DNA of 59,564 nt from an uncultured Nitrososphaerota archaeon (GCA_964518475.1 CAZFGR010000012.1:1-59564); one strand, 5' to 3'; positions 7,685 through 17,991 are shown, counted from the stretch's first letter. Numbers and translations are program-made. The notes: a model not told the origin generated them from the sequence alone.

Positions 7685-8614
7685 ATGGTGCTTTTCGTGA
7701 ATAAATCAAAAGTTTCTGAATTCGGCAAATTCGTCTATAGAGTAACAGAAAAAATCATTTCTAGAGAAAAGAGCCGTAACAATATTCTCTCAGTAATAAT
7801 TTATGGATCACTCGTTGATGAAGGCTACGTAGAAGGACTTAGCGATATTAATGTATGCATAGTGACAGAGAATCTTGTGAGGGATCTCTACAGCTTAAAG
7901 AGCATCTTAGTATATCGCTTTTGGAACCAATATAAAAGAAAACTTTCCCCAGAAGTCTTTCCATACATTGTTTTTCGAGAATTCTACATCAGAGGAATTC
8001 CTCTTCCAGTAATCGTTGTTAAAAGCGGTTTTCCTATAAAAACAGATTCTGCAATAATCGATCTAAAAAGGAGAGAGTATAGGTGTGGAGACCTTAGCTT
8101 GTATTACTCGTTATGCAGAGCTGTTAGGGAGCTGTCTTTCAGCATATCTTTTTTTCTAAAAAGAGATATAGCGGGGGGCATCCGATTCCTTCAACATTCC
8201 TTGGTACATGCTCTTAGATCAATAATAATAGCTCAAGAAAAAAGAGTACCCTGCACTATCAACGATATTCTTAATCAACTTAAGAAAATGAATAAAGATG
8301 AACTATCTAACCTCCTATCTCTCGTAACAACCATGAAGAAAAATGCCTTCAGACTAGAGAAATCACTTAAAAGAAAACATTTATCGCTGAGAGCTAATAA
8401 TTCAATAATAGTGGCTCTCAAGAAAACGTATAATGTTATTTCATTAGCTTGGAGACTTGTCGGAATAAATCTCGTAAGTTACGAGGAATTAACAAATATT
8501 TTAGACAAAATACAAGCCACAGAAATCGTTATGCGTTGTCATAATAATAACCCAATTCTAGAAGCTTATGATAAAAATTGGCAATATCATCGGATACCTC
8601 TTTTCACCCATTAG
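7685..8614 (+). CDS. Nucleotidyltransferase (MNT-like) domain fused to a helical HEPN-like domain
   Basis: SVIIYGSLVDEGYVEGLSDIN resembles GS..DxD with the second Asp replaced by Asn; helical C-terminal half. Confidence 0.6.
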   Translation: MVLFVNKSKVSEFGKFVYRVTEKIISREKSRNNILSVIIYGSLVDEGYVEGLSDINVCIVTENLVRDLYSLKSILVYRFWNQYKRKLSPEVFPYIVFREFYIRGIPLPVIVVKSGFPIKTDSAIIDLKRREYRCGDLSLYYSLCRAVRELSFSISFFLKRDIAGGIRFLQHSLVHALRSIIIAQEKRVPCTINDILNQLKKMNKDELSNLLSLVTTMKKNAFRLEKSLKRKHLSLRANNSIIVALKKTYNVISLAWRLVGINLVSYEELTNILDKIQATEIVMRCHNNNPILEAYDKNWQYHRIPLFTH

Positions 8615-9059
8615 ATAGGGAGATATTATTTGCAGTAGGAAACTCTTCAAAAAGAACGTCTCAATATTTACTTTGAAGAATTCTGAGAAATCTCCAAGAT
8701 ACCTAGAGGTTAGCGTAAAAATTCTCGATCCCAGTGCGTTTCCCGATGATGTATTCTCCTGCATCAATCCTCCTATAAATCTTGAGAATGAGAATGAAAG
8801 TGCTGCATTTCACACTCTCTGGAATATCTATGAAAACGAGATCACCCTCACGATTCGGTACTCACCAGTAAAAAAGGTAATAGATAGCTAGTTCTTCATC
8901 AGAAGATTCAAGATTCTTAAAAGAAGAGGCCTTAGTAAGACTCTCACGGTTTTCATTTTAAAGCTTCTCTAACTACTACGCCAATATTAGAGGTGAGGCT
9001 AAAAGAATTTGATGAAGATTTAAAAGCGCCTAAGCACGGTTAGGCCTTAATCATGTGGA

Positions 9060-10184
9060 CTACTTTTCTTTGCCAGAGAAATACTCTAGTAGTTTTCTAC
9101 TGATTGCTTTTGAAAGTTCTGTAAGAACTACTCTTCCTAGAATAAGTGTCATTTCACTAAATAGTTGTATCGTTGAGACCCTATTCCTCTCTACATAATA
9201 CCTAAGTCTTCCCGAAGCATAGGAGTACACCAAGAAGACCATAGGAGCAACCAAGACTGCTAATGAGGAGAGAAGCCACCATTCTATAACTAATCCCGAC
9301 ACATCACTAAACGATAATATGTAATGAGCCACTAAAAGAATCATCCCGAGAAGCCCATACACGGACATGTCTGGTTGCTCTTTACTAGTTCCCGAGAATT
9401 TCAATGCTCGACTCTGGGCTATAAAAACCATCGATAGAATTGTTACTATGGACCATACTATGATATTTTGGTTTGCTCCTGCTCTAGTATAGAAACCAAG
9501 AGCGATATAGAAGATGTAGAGAACGAAAATACCTATCGCTGAACGTACTATTCTTCCATATTTTTTAACCATAAATAAAATCGTCGCAGGCACTATGGCT
9601 AATAAGAAGAGAATTAAAGATTCAATTAAAGCTCCAGAGAAAAACTTCGTTAAACCAAGTAAAAATATACCCAATAGACACAATTGAGGAAGCGGGGAGA
9701 GAAAAATTCTATACTCATCACTTCCTAAAAGTGCATAAAGACCAGCAGTGGATGCGAAGAACTCTGAAAACTGTTCTAGAAGAATTACAGCATTGAATAT
9801 TAACCAACCAAAAATCACTAGGGACGTTATCATGAAGAGTGCTTCTGGACTTATAAGAATGCTAAAATAGGTGTTCAAAAAATTAATGAAGTCGGGTAAA
9901 AAGTGTTGGCTTATAATAATTCCGATACCTATAGCTAAGAATACGGTTTCTAAGACCATGTTAACAGTCCTATTTCTCAGAGCGATAGAGACAGAAATCA
10001 GGAGAATTGCATAAAAGACTATAACTATTGATGAGACCCCTAGGAAAATTTCTGAGAGTATGAAATAGCCAATAAGGAGTGTTAAGAGTATTGTCTCTTG
10101 GCGGAAGAATAGGGGGAATCCCCCTAATAGTCTTGTTTTTATAAAATGCCAAGTTAGACGTTCTAGATAGGATGCTGGCGTAAT
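9060..10184 (-). CDS. Polytopic membrane protein; the reading frame extends 75 codons upstream of ATG 9959 to an ATT
   Basis: Many TM segments; the in-frame extension (ITPASYLERLTWHF...) is stop-free, hydrophobic and preceded by GGGAGGG. Confidence 0.65.
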   Translation of the reverse strand: MTPASYLERLTWHFIKTRLLGGFPLFFRQETILLTLLIGYFILSEIFLGVSSIVIVFYAILLISVSIALRNRTVNMVLETVFLAIGIGIIISQHFLPDFINFLNTYFSILISPEALFMITSLVIFGWLIFNAVILLEQFSEFFASTAGLYALLGSDEYRIFLSPLPQLCLLGIFLLGLTKFFSGALIESLILFLLAIVPATILFMVKKYGRIVRSAIGIFVLYIFYIALGFYTRAGANQNIIVWSIVTILSMVFIAQSRALKFSGTSKEQPDMSVYGLLGMILLVAHYILSFSDVSGLVIEWWLLSSLAVLVAPMVFLVYSYASGRLRYYVERNRVSTIQLFSEMTLILGRVVLTELSKAISRKLLEYFSGKEK

Positions 10185-10287
10185 ACATCCCTCCCAAGAT
10201 CTGGGATAATTTATTAACTTTTTATTAGTAAATTTTAATTCTTATCCACCAAAATATGCTTGAAGTAGACGGTAGGAGGTTCCATCG

Positions 10288-10968
10288 ATGGTAGAGGAGA
10301 TATTCGCTGTAAGAGAGAGACCAGAAGACATTTTTAAGAGACGATTAAAAATATTCGCTCTAATTCTTGTAGCTCTTGTCTTCAGTGTAGTAATCCATAA
10401 CTTGCTAGTAGAGTACTTATTATTAGAGATAACTAGGCATTCCCCTGCCGTAATTAATAACTGGTTCATATACTCATCGTTACTCAGCATAATAGGTTTC
10501 TTACATGGAACATTAACATGGTTAACTGGTTTTACTCTAACTCATGTTTTCACAATAGTAAGATATAGGCAGAAAAAACTAGAAATTGCTGCTCTCGTAT
10601 TGACTATCTGGGGCCTTCTTCTAATAATCACTTATCTACCACTTATCTTCAACCCTCTAACTCTCCAAGATTTCCTCAGCGTTATAGAGAGCCCACCAAG
10701 TCTTGTCGAGTATTTAATCTATGCTTTACCAGTCCTAGGTTATTTTCTACTAGGTCTTAGCTTAAGTCGTGCAGCTAAACATTTGAGCTTGGGTACTTAT
10801 CTTCGAATTGGAGGATACTTAACAATGGTGGGTGCGATATTATTTCTGGTAAGGTATGGATGGATAGTCCTTTCTGGTGGTTTATTGATTATTAGCGTAG
10901 GGTTGCTTAGATGGAGACGCGTGGAGGAAACAATGAATATGATATCTTCTGAGGAAACAACAAGTTAA
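10288..10968 (+). CDS. Membrane protein of unknown function (5-6 TM)
   Basis: Hydrophobic segments; SD GGAGG. Confidence 0.7.
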   Translation: MVEEIFAVRERPEDIFKRRLKIFALILVALVFSVVIHNLLVEYLLLEITRHSPAVINNWFIYSSLLSIIGFLHGTLTWLTGFTLTHVFTIVRYRQKKLEIAALVLTIWGLLLIITYLPLIFNPLTLQDFLSVIESPPSLVEYLIYALPVLGYFLLGLSLSRAAKHLSLGTYLRIGGYLTMVGAILFLVRYGWIVLSGGLLIISVGLLRWRRVEETMNMISSEETTS

Positions 10969-11021
10969 TATACCTTTACTACTATTAATTGTTGTGATAG
11001 ATCTCTTAGGAGATGTAAAGT

Positions 11022-11384
11022 TTGAGTGATGATAGAGAAAGAAGAAGCGATCCTTTCTTAGACTTTATAATTAGCCTTTTCTCGGCAATTTCTCATGGGA
11101 TAGAATTTGAAAGCGAGGAATATATCCCAACGACCGTGATAGAAGATAACGAAGGCGTACGAATCTATATGGATATCCCAGGACTCGCTAAAGATAGTAT
11201 AGAGGTTTTAGCAAAGAATGACCTCCTTCTCATAACCGGTTTACGCTACAATAGGAAATTCAGAAAAACTATCAAAATACCAAAGACCGCTACAGATAAG
11301 GTCTTGTCTGTTAAGTATAATAATGGAGTACTAGAACTAGTCCTGCAAAAACGCATCCGAAGAAAGCTACCAATGCCCTTCTAA
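11022..11384 (+). CDS. Small heat-shock protein (Hsp20/alpha-crystallin)
   Basis: DIPGLAKDSIEV and KYNNGVLEL motifs. Confidence 0.85.
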   Translation: MSDDRERRSDPFLDFIISLFSAISHGIEFESEEYIPTTVIEDNEGVRIYMDIPGLAKDSIEVLAKNDLLLITGLRYNRKFRKTIKIPKTATDKVLSVKYNNGVLELVLQKRIRRKLPMPF

Positions 11385-11418
11385 ACAATATTTGATCAAA
11401 ATTTTAGAAATATTAAAC

Positions 11419-11817
11419 CTACTTACTACGAAGAATCTTCTCAACAAACGATAAGATTGCCTCACTATAAGCTATACATCGCAACGCTTGATTCTCACTA
11501 TATTGAGTCACGATATTGTTAATGCACTTAACCGTTGAGAAATGATGAGATAGTGCTTCCGCGAAAGCGTATATCTCGTCTGGGATAACTATGCTTTTAG
11601 ATGCTAAAAACTCTAAATACTTTAGAAGATTTTCTGAATATTCCACTTCTCCATTGTTACTTATGATTAGTGCTCTTAGCGATAATTCCGCCGCTTGGTG
11701 TGAGAGAAAACATACTATCCCAAATCTCCGCTTTCTATAAGCCTCTCGTGCCTCTAGTAGAAATTCCTTAGCTGTGTTTATTAAATACTCTACAATATTC
11801 TGCATCCATAACCACAT
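11419..11817 (-). CDS. Stand-alone HEPN domain protein
   Basis: A..FL..A.....CFLSHQAAELSLRA pattern; lacks the usual GH and RYP motifs. Confidence 0.75.
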   Translation of the reverse strand: MWLWMQNIVEYLINTAKEFLLEAREAYRKRRFGIVCFLSHQAAELSLRALIISNNGEVEYSENLLKYLEFLASKSIVIPDEIYAFAEALSHHFSTVKCINNIVTQYSENQALRCIAYSEAILSFVEKILRSK

Positions 11818-11950
11818 CCAAAAACTCCTTAGTTAGGCAGTAGCTTATTGAACATTTCATGAAGAGAAAAAACCCATCCGCTATTTATACTTTTACACCT
11901 ATATCCTTTCTATCAATAAAAGTCGGAATAAAAAGGTAGAGGTAAAAAAA

Positions 11951-12286
11951 TTACCCAAAAAATAGTCGGATAATAAAGAGAGTTATTATCACGAAGAAGC
12001 TTGTGAACGCCGATAGAGCTACCTTATCTCTCTCTATAGCATAGTAGACTGATAGGATGAGGAGCGTAATTATGGGAGTTACGGCTAGTACTGTTATTCC
12101 TAAATAAATTATATGAAACGGGTTAGTTACAGAGAAATTTCTGAAAACAGTGATTAACCGTTCTCGATTACCGAGAGAGTAATTATTATTCACTAAGCAG
12201 GATACTAGTCCCATAAATATGAGGGATAAGCTTATCAGAAGCCCCGTCTGGAATACTTTCTGAGAAAGTAATTTATCGCTTTTCAT
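11951..12286 (-). CDS. DUF1634-like small membrane protein (TauE partner)
   Basis: 3 TM segments with LGI.VL..TP; start overlaps the tauE stop. Confidence 0.75.
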   Translation of the reverse strand: MKSDKLLSQKVFQTGLLISLSLIFMGLVSCLVNNNYSLGNRERLITVFRNFSVTNPFHIIYLGITVLAVTPIITLLILSVYYAIERDKVALSAFTSFFVIITLFIIRLFFG

Positions 12287-13125
12287 AACAATGCACCAGT
12301 CGCGGTTATAATCATTCTTAGACCCATGACTATGAAGAAGAGCGCTATTAGCGTCTTTAGTGTGACATCTTTTACCTTTATGACCACTGAAGTTCCTATT
12401 TTTACTCCAAACACGATTCCGATAACCGCGGGAGCCACAATGAGAGGATCAACAAAACCCTTAAGAAGATATAAAGTCCCTCCAACAGCTCCATTTAGAC
12501 TTATTAAGAATAGACTCAATGCTGAAGCAGCCTTGGACGGAAGACCAAGAACTAGAAGGAGTATTGGCATATTCACGATTCCACCACCCACGCCTAGTAG
12601 GGCCGATAATAACCCTCCAAAGAACGTTAATAAAGCTCCAATTACAACGTTTGAAGGTGCGTACTTCACTTCACCACCCTCTGTTTCATCATAATAGCTA
12701 TCAGAAAAGAACCTGCTAATTCTTCCATATGCTTTTATGGGGTTCTTTGAACTCTTTTTTCCTTTGCGAATCTTACGTAAGATGTTATAAGCTGAGAAGA
12801 TGAGAAATGCTCCAAAAATTGCTCTTAGAACATTTTGGTTTAATTGCATCATTAAGTGCGCTCCTACAAAAGCACCGATAGCACTCATCGGAATCAGGAT
12901 CGTAGCTAGTCTAACGTTTGTTAATTCTCTTTTAAGATATACAACATTGCTACTGAGAGCGGTACTTATTGTGCATACTAGACTGGCAGGAATGATATAA
13001 TGGATATCGATTGGTAAAAGAAGGTCTAGAAGAGGCACTAGAATAGATCCACCGCCTATACCAAATATAGAGCCTAAAAAACCAGCTAGTAAAGCCACTA
13101 AAAAAATAATAATTATTTCAAGCAT
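12283..13125 (-). CDS. TauE/SafE family sulfur-compound transporter
   Basis: Duplicated G.GGG...VP/MP repeats; about 8 TM segments. Confidence 0.88.
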   Translation of the reverse strand: MLEIIIIFLVALLAGFLGSIFGIGGGSILVPLLDLLLPIDIHYIIPASLVCTISTALSSNVVYLKRELTNVRLATILIPMSAIGAFVGAHLMMQLNQNVLRAIFGAFLIFSAYNILRKIRKGKKSSKNPIKAYGRISRFFSDSYYDETEGGEVKYAPSNVVIGALLTFFGGLLSALLGVGGGIVNMPILLLVLGLPSKAASALSLFLISLNGAVGGTLYLLKGFVDPLIVAPAVIGIVFGVKIGTSVVIKVKDVTLKTLIALFFIVMGLRMIITATGALL

Positions 13126-13139
13126 TCTTCCAAGCCCCT

Positions 13140-13922
13140 CTATCCTTTAATGGCTTTATAGACCTCTTCAGCCACTTTCTTGCCCGATAATAACATGGAA
13201 CTGAATATCGGTCCCATCCTAGGCAAATTATAAATTGACGCAACAGCCATTCCAGTAGCGTATAGACCTGGAAGAATTTCTCCCGTTTTCTCCACTACTA
13301 ATCTTTCGCCAAGAGGCGCGTACATCGATTTTTCATAGGGGATCTTTAGGTTAAACTCAGGTATTTTCTTAGACACTATTGTGAGAACCTCTGCGTCATG
13401 ACCAGTAGCATCGATAACAGCTTTTGTTGTAATAGCAAGTGGATCAACGTGCAGTTGTGCCAATAAAACAGCTGACCATTGAATAACTACACCGGTAATT
13501 CTTAACGGATTATCCCTAAACACTACATCCTCTACAGTCACTCCGAAGATGATCTTTGCCCCAGCGTTAACAGCTGCAGAAGCAAGTTTGGCCATCATAT
13601 CTGCTGTATCCACCACGTAAACTCCTGGGGATACCTGTTTTAAGTGACAACCGATCTCTCTTAATATATTATCCGCTGGTGAAGCCACTACTACTTTATG
13701 AAATAGCATGCCGCCTCCACCAATACCACCACCAAAAGACAGTCTGCGTTCAAATATTACCGTCCGTAATCCCTTTTCTGCTAAGTATTTACCAGCAACA
13801 AGACCGGAAGGTCCCGCTCCTACTATAGCGACATCAACATTCGTTAAGTTTTTCCAATCCTCCAGAGTCTCCTCAACGATTATTCTTGTGATTTCGTGCT
13901 CTTCCAGCGTTTTTAGCTCCAT
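13140..13922 (-). CDS. thi4: Sulfide-dependent thiazole synthase (His-type Thi4)
   Basis: VGAGPSG, GGGIGGGG, HVDP, DATGHDA and PRMGPIF motifs. Confidence 0.92.
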   Translation of the reverse strand: MELKTLEEHEITRIIVEETLEDWKNLTNVDVAIVGAGPSGLVAGKYLAEKGLRTVIFERRLSFGGGIGGGGMLFHKVVVASPADNILREIGCHLKQVSPGVYVVDTADMMAKLASAAVNAGAKIIFGVTVEDVVFRDNPLRITGVVIQWSAVLLAQLHVDPLAITTKAVIDATGHDAEVLTIVSKKIPEFNLKIPYEKSMYAPLGERLVVEKTGEILPGLYATGMAVASIYNLPRMGPIFSSMLLSGKKVAEEVYKAIKG

Positions 13923-14031
13923 TAAGAACACCCTAGACAAAGTCTTCTGTCAAGAATTAAGGAAAGTTGGTATTTAAGAAAATTAATTATTAATGAATAT
14001 ATTCACGAATGAAGAGCGCGCTTAGCCTTCT

Positions 14032-14781
14032 TTATAGGAGAAGAGAGAGCCAAACAGCAAAAAGACCTGTCAAGAATACTCCATCGAATGTTCCAGCACC
14101 TCCGATACTTGCGACTGGAGCACCAAGATAAGGGATCTTTTTGAGATTCATTAGATCTGCGCCAATCAGTGCTCCTAGAGACCCCGTAACGTATAGGAAG
14201 GCGTAAAAATCGATCACTGGCGGTATAAATTGTAGAATTGAACATACTAAGAGAGTAAAAAGAGGCGGTACGAGAGCAGGTGTGGCGATGCCTACCCCCG
14301 GTATTGGCTTTGCTACTTGATTAATAAGTATTGATACTATCGCTATTGATAAAATTATTTTCACAAGCGCTAAGAATCCAGAACTAATCGTTATCCTCGC
14401 TATTATATAGAGAGATAGAAGTACTGGTATCACACAGCCTCCTAGGTTAACCGCAATGAGAGTCTTATGCTCCTCCCAATCAACCTCGGGGATTACCCAT
14501 GGTACGAAAAATACTCTAACTACTCTGGCTTTGATTATTGGTTGGTAGCTTGATACATAATAAACGGGGATATTAATTGAGCTTCCTACCAGAGAAATAT
14601 ATAGGATGAGAAATACTAGCCAAGCGGGTAGGTCCAGAATTATCTGGAAGAGAACACCATAAAAGATGAACATCCAACTCATGACAAAGAATGTCACTAA
14701 GATATAGAGGAGGAGATAAATGTGGTGGAAAGGCAAATATACTTTTCCGCTCGTCCTATAACCCAAAATTTTCCTCTCCAT
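14032..14781 (-). CDS. DUF1614 family membrane protein
   Basis: GSSINIP, AVNLGGCVIP, LIGADL and SIGGAGTFDG motifs. Confidence 0.85.
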   Translation of the reverse strand: MERKILGYRTSGKVYLPFHHIYLLLYILVTFFVMSWMFIFYGVLFQIILDLPAWLVFLILYISLVGSSINIPVYYVSSYQPIIKARVVRVFFVPWVIPEVDWEEHKTLIAVNLGGCVIPVLLSLYIIARITISSGFLALVKIILSIAIVSILINQVAKPIPGVGIATPALVPPLFTLLVCSILQFIPPVIDFYAFLYVTGSLGALIGADLMNLKKIPYLGAPVASIGGAGTFDGVFLTGLFAVWLSLLL

Positions 14782-14995
14782 CAATCTCTGAGTCTGAGAT
14801 ATTAAGCATAGAAAAATAACATAATATAATTCTATTCTCATTTTGATAAAATCAATCATCATTCTACTTTTAATAAATCATTCTGTATACAGAATTATTT
14901 ACACCGTGTATTGTAAATTATGAAAAGAAAAGAAATAAATTTCATAACAACTCAATATATATCGAATCTCACCATTTTTTTCATGGTGTTTTTCA

Positions 14996-17128
14996 TTGTC
15001 ATCTATTGATCGTGTTCTTGAAAAATTAGGCTTATCTGATACCGCTAGACTTGTCTACACGAACTGTTTGGGCAGGGGTCCCCTTACACTCGCTGAGATC
15101 TCTATGATAACCAAACTCGACTATGAGACTATATCCCACGCTGTGAGAGAGTTGCAGATTCAGGGATTAATGAAGGAGATTCCCGAAACGCCTCCTAGGT
15201 ATGAGACTATACCTCCCTATAAGCTATTCGTTAACCAATTTATAGAGTATACTAATAGGTTCTCGCAGTTTGAAACATCCGTCAAAGAATTGATTAGTGT
15301 TAGCATTGAAGATTTATCAAAGAGTTTTAAAGAGTTTCAGACAAGCATCTCAAATACTCTCAAGGGAGTTATTAGCGAGATAAGCGCCGACCTCGAAAAA
15401 AGCGTCTCAAGTATATTCGCTATGATCCAAGATGCTACAAAAGAAACAACGAACGTTGTTGAGACATTATCAGAGAATATCGTAAATAGTTTTAACCAAC
15501 AATTGGCATCATCTGCAGAGATGTTTGGTTCTCAGATCAAGGGTGCACTAAACAGAATTGATGAAGCATTATCTAATCTTTCAAAGGATTTTTCAGAAAG
15601 TTCAACTAGGTACGTCACGTCTATAACAGAGGAGATAACTAAGAGTATGAACGAGGTAAACGAGTTATCACGTCAAATGACCACCGCTATAATCGATAAC
15701 ATAGGCTCATTAGCTGAGCAATTATCAGCTAGTATGACAGACTTATTCGATGCTACGAGCAATAGTGTTGCTCAAATGATGCAAACTTTCTCAACAACCC
15801 TCTCAGAAACCATGCAAAACCTAGCCACACAGTTCCAGGAATCAATGCAAGATCTCGCCAGTAATATGAGCAAACTCACTGGGGAATTAGGGAAGCAAAT
15901 AAATGATGTGCAACAAACCCTTAACCAGCTAATAGAAATGATTAAGAATAGACTAGAGGAGGCTTCTAAACAAACTACAACAGCTCTCACTAGCGTATCA
16001 GAAGGAGTTGAAAAAGCTAAGGACTCCTTAACAATATCCGTAACGAACACTTTAGAACAGCTCCAAAAGGTTATAGAGGAGATGAGGACAAAACTCGACG
16101 GATCAATGACGATCACTCTTAAGAATTTCAGAGATGGAACAGAGAAGATAAAGAGCCAGTATATTAAGACCCTAGAAGAAGCCATCGAGAATCTAAGAGT
16201 AAACATTGATAAGACAAGGGAGGAAACTTTGGGACGGATAGAAGAAAGGCTAAACCAGTTAAAATCCATGAGCGAAGAGATGACAAAAGATTTTCTGACC
16301 AGAATCAATTCTACTGTAAAAGAATTTGATGAACTCACAACAACTATAGAGAAAGAGGCTATTGAAAATATTAACAAGATATCTAAGCAAGCCGAAGAAT
16401 CTTCAAAGGAGATAAGATCAAGACTAGTCACAGATATTCAGAATGTATCTAATCAAATCCACGAAAGATTATCTTCCCTAAAAGATACCGCTATAAACGA
16501 GCTTAAGAACCGAACAGAGACGGCAGTATCAAAAATCGTTGATGCAATAAGTGAGACCGCAATTAAGCTTCAGAAAAACGTAGAAATGATCCTATCAGAG
16601 AGACTACTAAGCGAGGTACGAGACATCGCTAGAACTTTCGAAGAAGGCAGAAGAGCTATGGAGGCTCTCTATGAGGAAACCATGAAACGCGTAGCACCTT
16701 TCGTGATGAAGACGTGGGTTATTCAGGGATTGAATGGTATACTTGCTCATATAGAGGATATGATCACTAGAGCGAAAAGTATTCTCCTAATAGTTACGCC
16801 CGACATAAGCTTTATCCCCCTCCAGAAAATATTAGAATTAGGACCTATGGTACGTGTCCAAATAGCGGGGGGTATTGATCCAAAAAGAGCAGAGCATTAT
16901 AACATAGTGTCTAGACTCAAATCACGACCAAGAACACTTGTTAGAAGATACACTAGAGGAATAGTATTAGGAGCCATAGTGGATGATAAAGAAGCTGTTT
17001 TTGCCTCATTACCCTCCGAGATAACAAATCCTGATGAAATACTAGGTGTTGCAACTACCTCTCACGAATGGGTAATGCTCGCGCATGATTTCCTAGCATA
17101 TGCTTGGACTACAGCTGAGGAAGTTTAA
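14996..17128 (+). CDS. TrmB-like regulator with a very long helical/coiled-coil insert
   Basis: N-terminal LGLS...VY..GPLT.AEIS wHTH, ~450-aa amphipathic helical region, and a C-terminal TrmB/PLD-like effector domain (MITRAK..LLIVTP, IVDDKE). Confidence 0.7.
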   Translation: MSSIDRVLEKLGLSDTARLVYTNCLGRGPLTLAEISMITKLDYETISHAVRELQIQGLMKEIPETPPRYETIPPYKLFVNQFIEYTNRFSQFETSVKELISVSIEDLSKSFKEFQTSISNTLKGVISEISADLEKSVSSIFAMIQDATKETTNVVETLSENIVNSFNQQLASSAEMFGSQIKGALNRIDEALSNLSKDFSESSTRYVTSITEEITKSMNEVNELSRQMTTAIIDNIGSLAEQLSASMTDLFDATSNSVAQMMQTFSTTLSETMQNLATQFQESMQDLASNMSKLTGELGKQINDVQQTLNQLIEMIKNRLEEASKQTTTALTSVSEGVEKAKDSLTISVTNTLEQLQKVIEEMRTKLDGSMTITLKNFRDGTEKIKSQYIKTLEEAIENLRVNIDKTREETLGRIEERLNQLKSMSEEMTKDFLTRINSTVKEFDELTTTIEKEAIENINKISKQAEESSKEIRSRLVTDIQNVSNQIHERLSSLKDTAINELKNRTETAVSKIVDAISETAIKLQKNVEMILSERLLSEVRDIARTFEEGRRAMEALYEETMKRVAPFVMKTWVIQGLNGILAHIEDMITRAKSILLIVTPDISFIPLQKILELGPMVRVQIAGGIDPKRAEHYNIVSRLKSRPRTLVRRYTRGIVLGAIVDDKEAVFASLPSEITNPDEILGVATTSHEWVMLAHDFLAYAWTTAEEV

Positions 17129-17295
17129 AATATTTACACTCTCTTGCTCAATAATTTTTTTATTAAACAAATTAATATGACTATTAATAGTGATCCAGAT
17201 ATCATTACTATATAAACGGGCTTATCTCGTGCCTTAATTAAGCATTTTATCGCATTCATCTTTCTGAACTAATTGTGTTCTTGGGGTGTCAAATT

Positions 17296-17991
17296 ATGCA
17301 CGTGGGCTGGGACATTAGTCACCGAGGCTTCACAATAAGGGACTATTATTACTTCTCTAAACTAGCTTCTCTTCTCGAGTCTCTTAATATCAAAGTTCAT
17401 GAGATAGACGAGTTAAGTAACCTTAATTCATACGACGTCTTGGTATTTAATTATCCTGAAGAACCTTTTGATGAGAAAGAGAAAAAATTGTTGCATGACT
17501 ATTTACTGGATGGTGGAAGAATAATCTTATTAGGATATTTCCGGAACGAGGATCGCGTTGCGGATTCTGTTAACTCTCTCGCGAGAAGATACGGTATAGA
17601 ATTGCTTCATGATGAAGTAATCGATAAAATCAATAGTTTAGATGAGGAAGGATACTTCATCACAACTACTAGGCTTAAGGAATATAACTGGGGAGTAAGA
17701 AAAGTCGTTCTCCCATGCTCTGCTTCGATAAAAGTAAAAGATGCAAGCTCGTACCCTATCGTTTATGCGGAGAACACGGCATTTTCCAAACTAAATGGTT
17801 ATGGACCACCATTATTCGTGGCTAAAAAAGTGGGTAAGGGCGAAATAATCGTGGGCGGAACATGCGTATTCTGGGATAACTACTCAATCGATAAATTCGA
17901 TAACGCAAAACTAGCTCTCAATATAATTGCGGGTAAAGACCTATCAATTTCCCGTATACCAATTAAAATTAAGTTGCCAGCTAATCATTGA
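17296..17991 (+). CDS. DUF4350 / class I glutamine-amidotransferase-like fold protein
   Basis: WDISH, YDVLVF.YPE.PF..E, GG.IILLG, GKG.IIV.G and DN..LALNI motifs. Confidence 0.65.
   Translation: MHVGWDISHRGFTIRDYYYFSKLASLLESLNIKVHEIDELSNLNSYDVLVFNYPEEPFDEKEKKLLHDYLLDGGRIILLGYFRNEDRVADSVNSLARRYGIELLHDEVIDKINSLDEEGYFITTTRLKEYNWGVRKVVLPCSASIKVKDASSYPIVYAENTAFSKLNGYGPPLFVAKKVGKGEIIVGGTCVFWDNYSIDKFDNAKLALNIIAGKDLSISRIPIKIKLPANH

Noticed and set aside
8673-8891. 72-aa plus-strand ORF and nearby minus-strand frames
   Set aside because: No recognisable motif or convincing start; could be a remnant but cannot be supported.
9005-9050. TGATGA followed by a GCCTAA/TTAGGC hairpin as a C/D sRNA or riboswitch
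   Set aside because: No D box at a suitable distance; only a 6-bp stem.
9970-10197. 75-aa ORF as an independent gene
   Set aside because: The alternative frame is continuous with the downstream membrane protein and looks much more protein-like.
15772-16431. 219-aa antisense ORF, and similar shadow ORFs (e.g. 32439-33053, 37102-37635)
   Set aside because: They lie antisense within well-supported genes and have the Ser/Phe/Ile-rich composition of reverse-frame artefacts.
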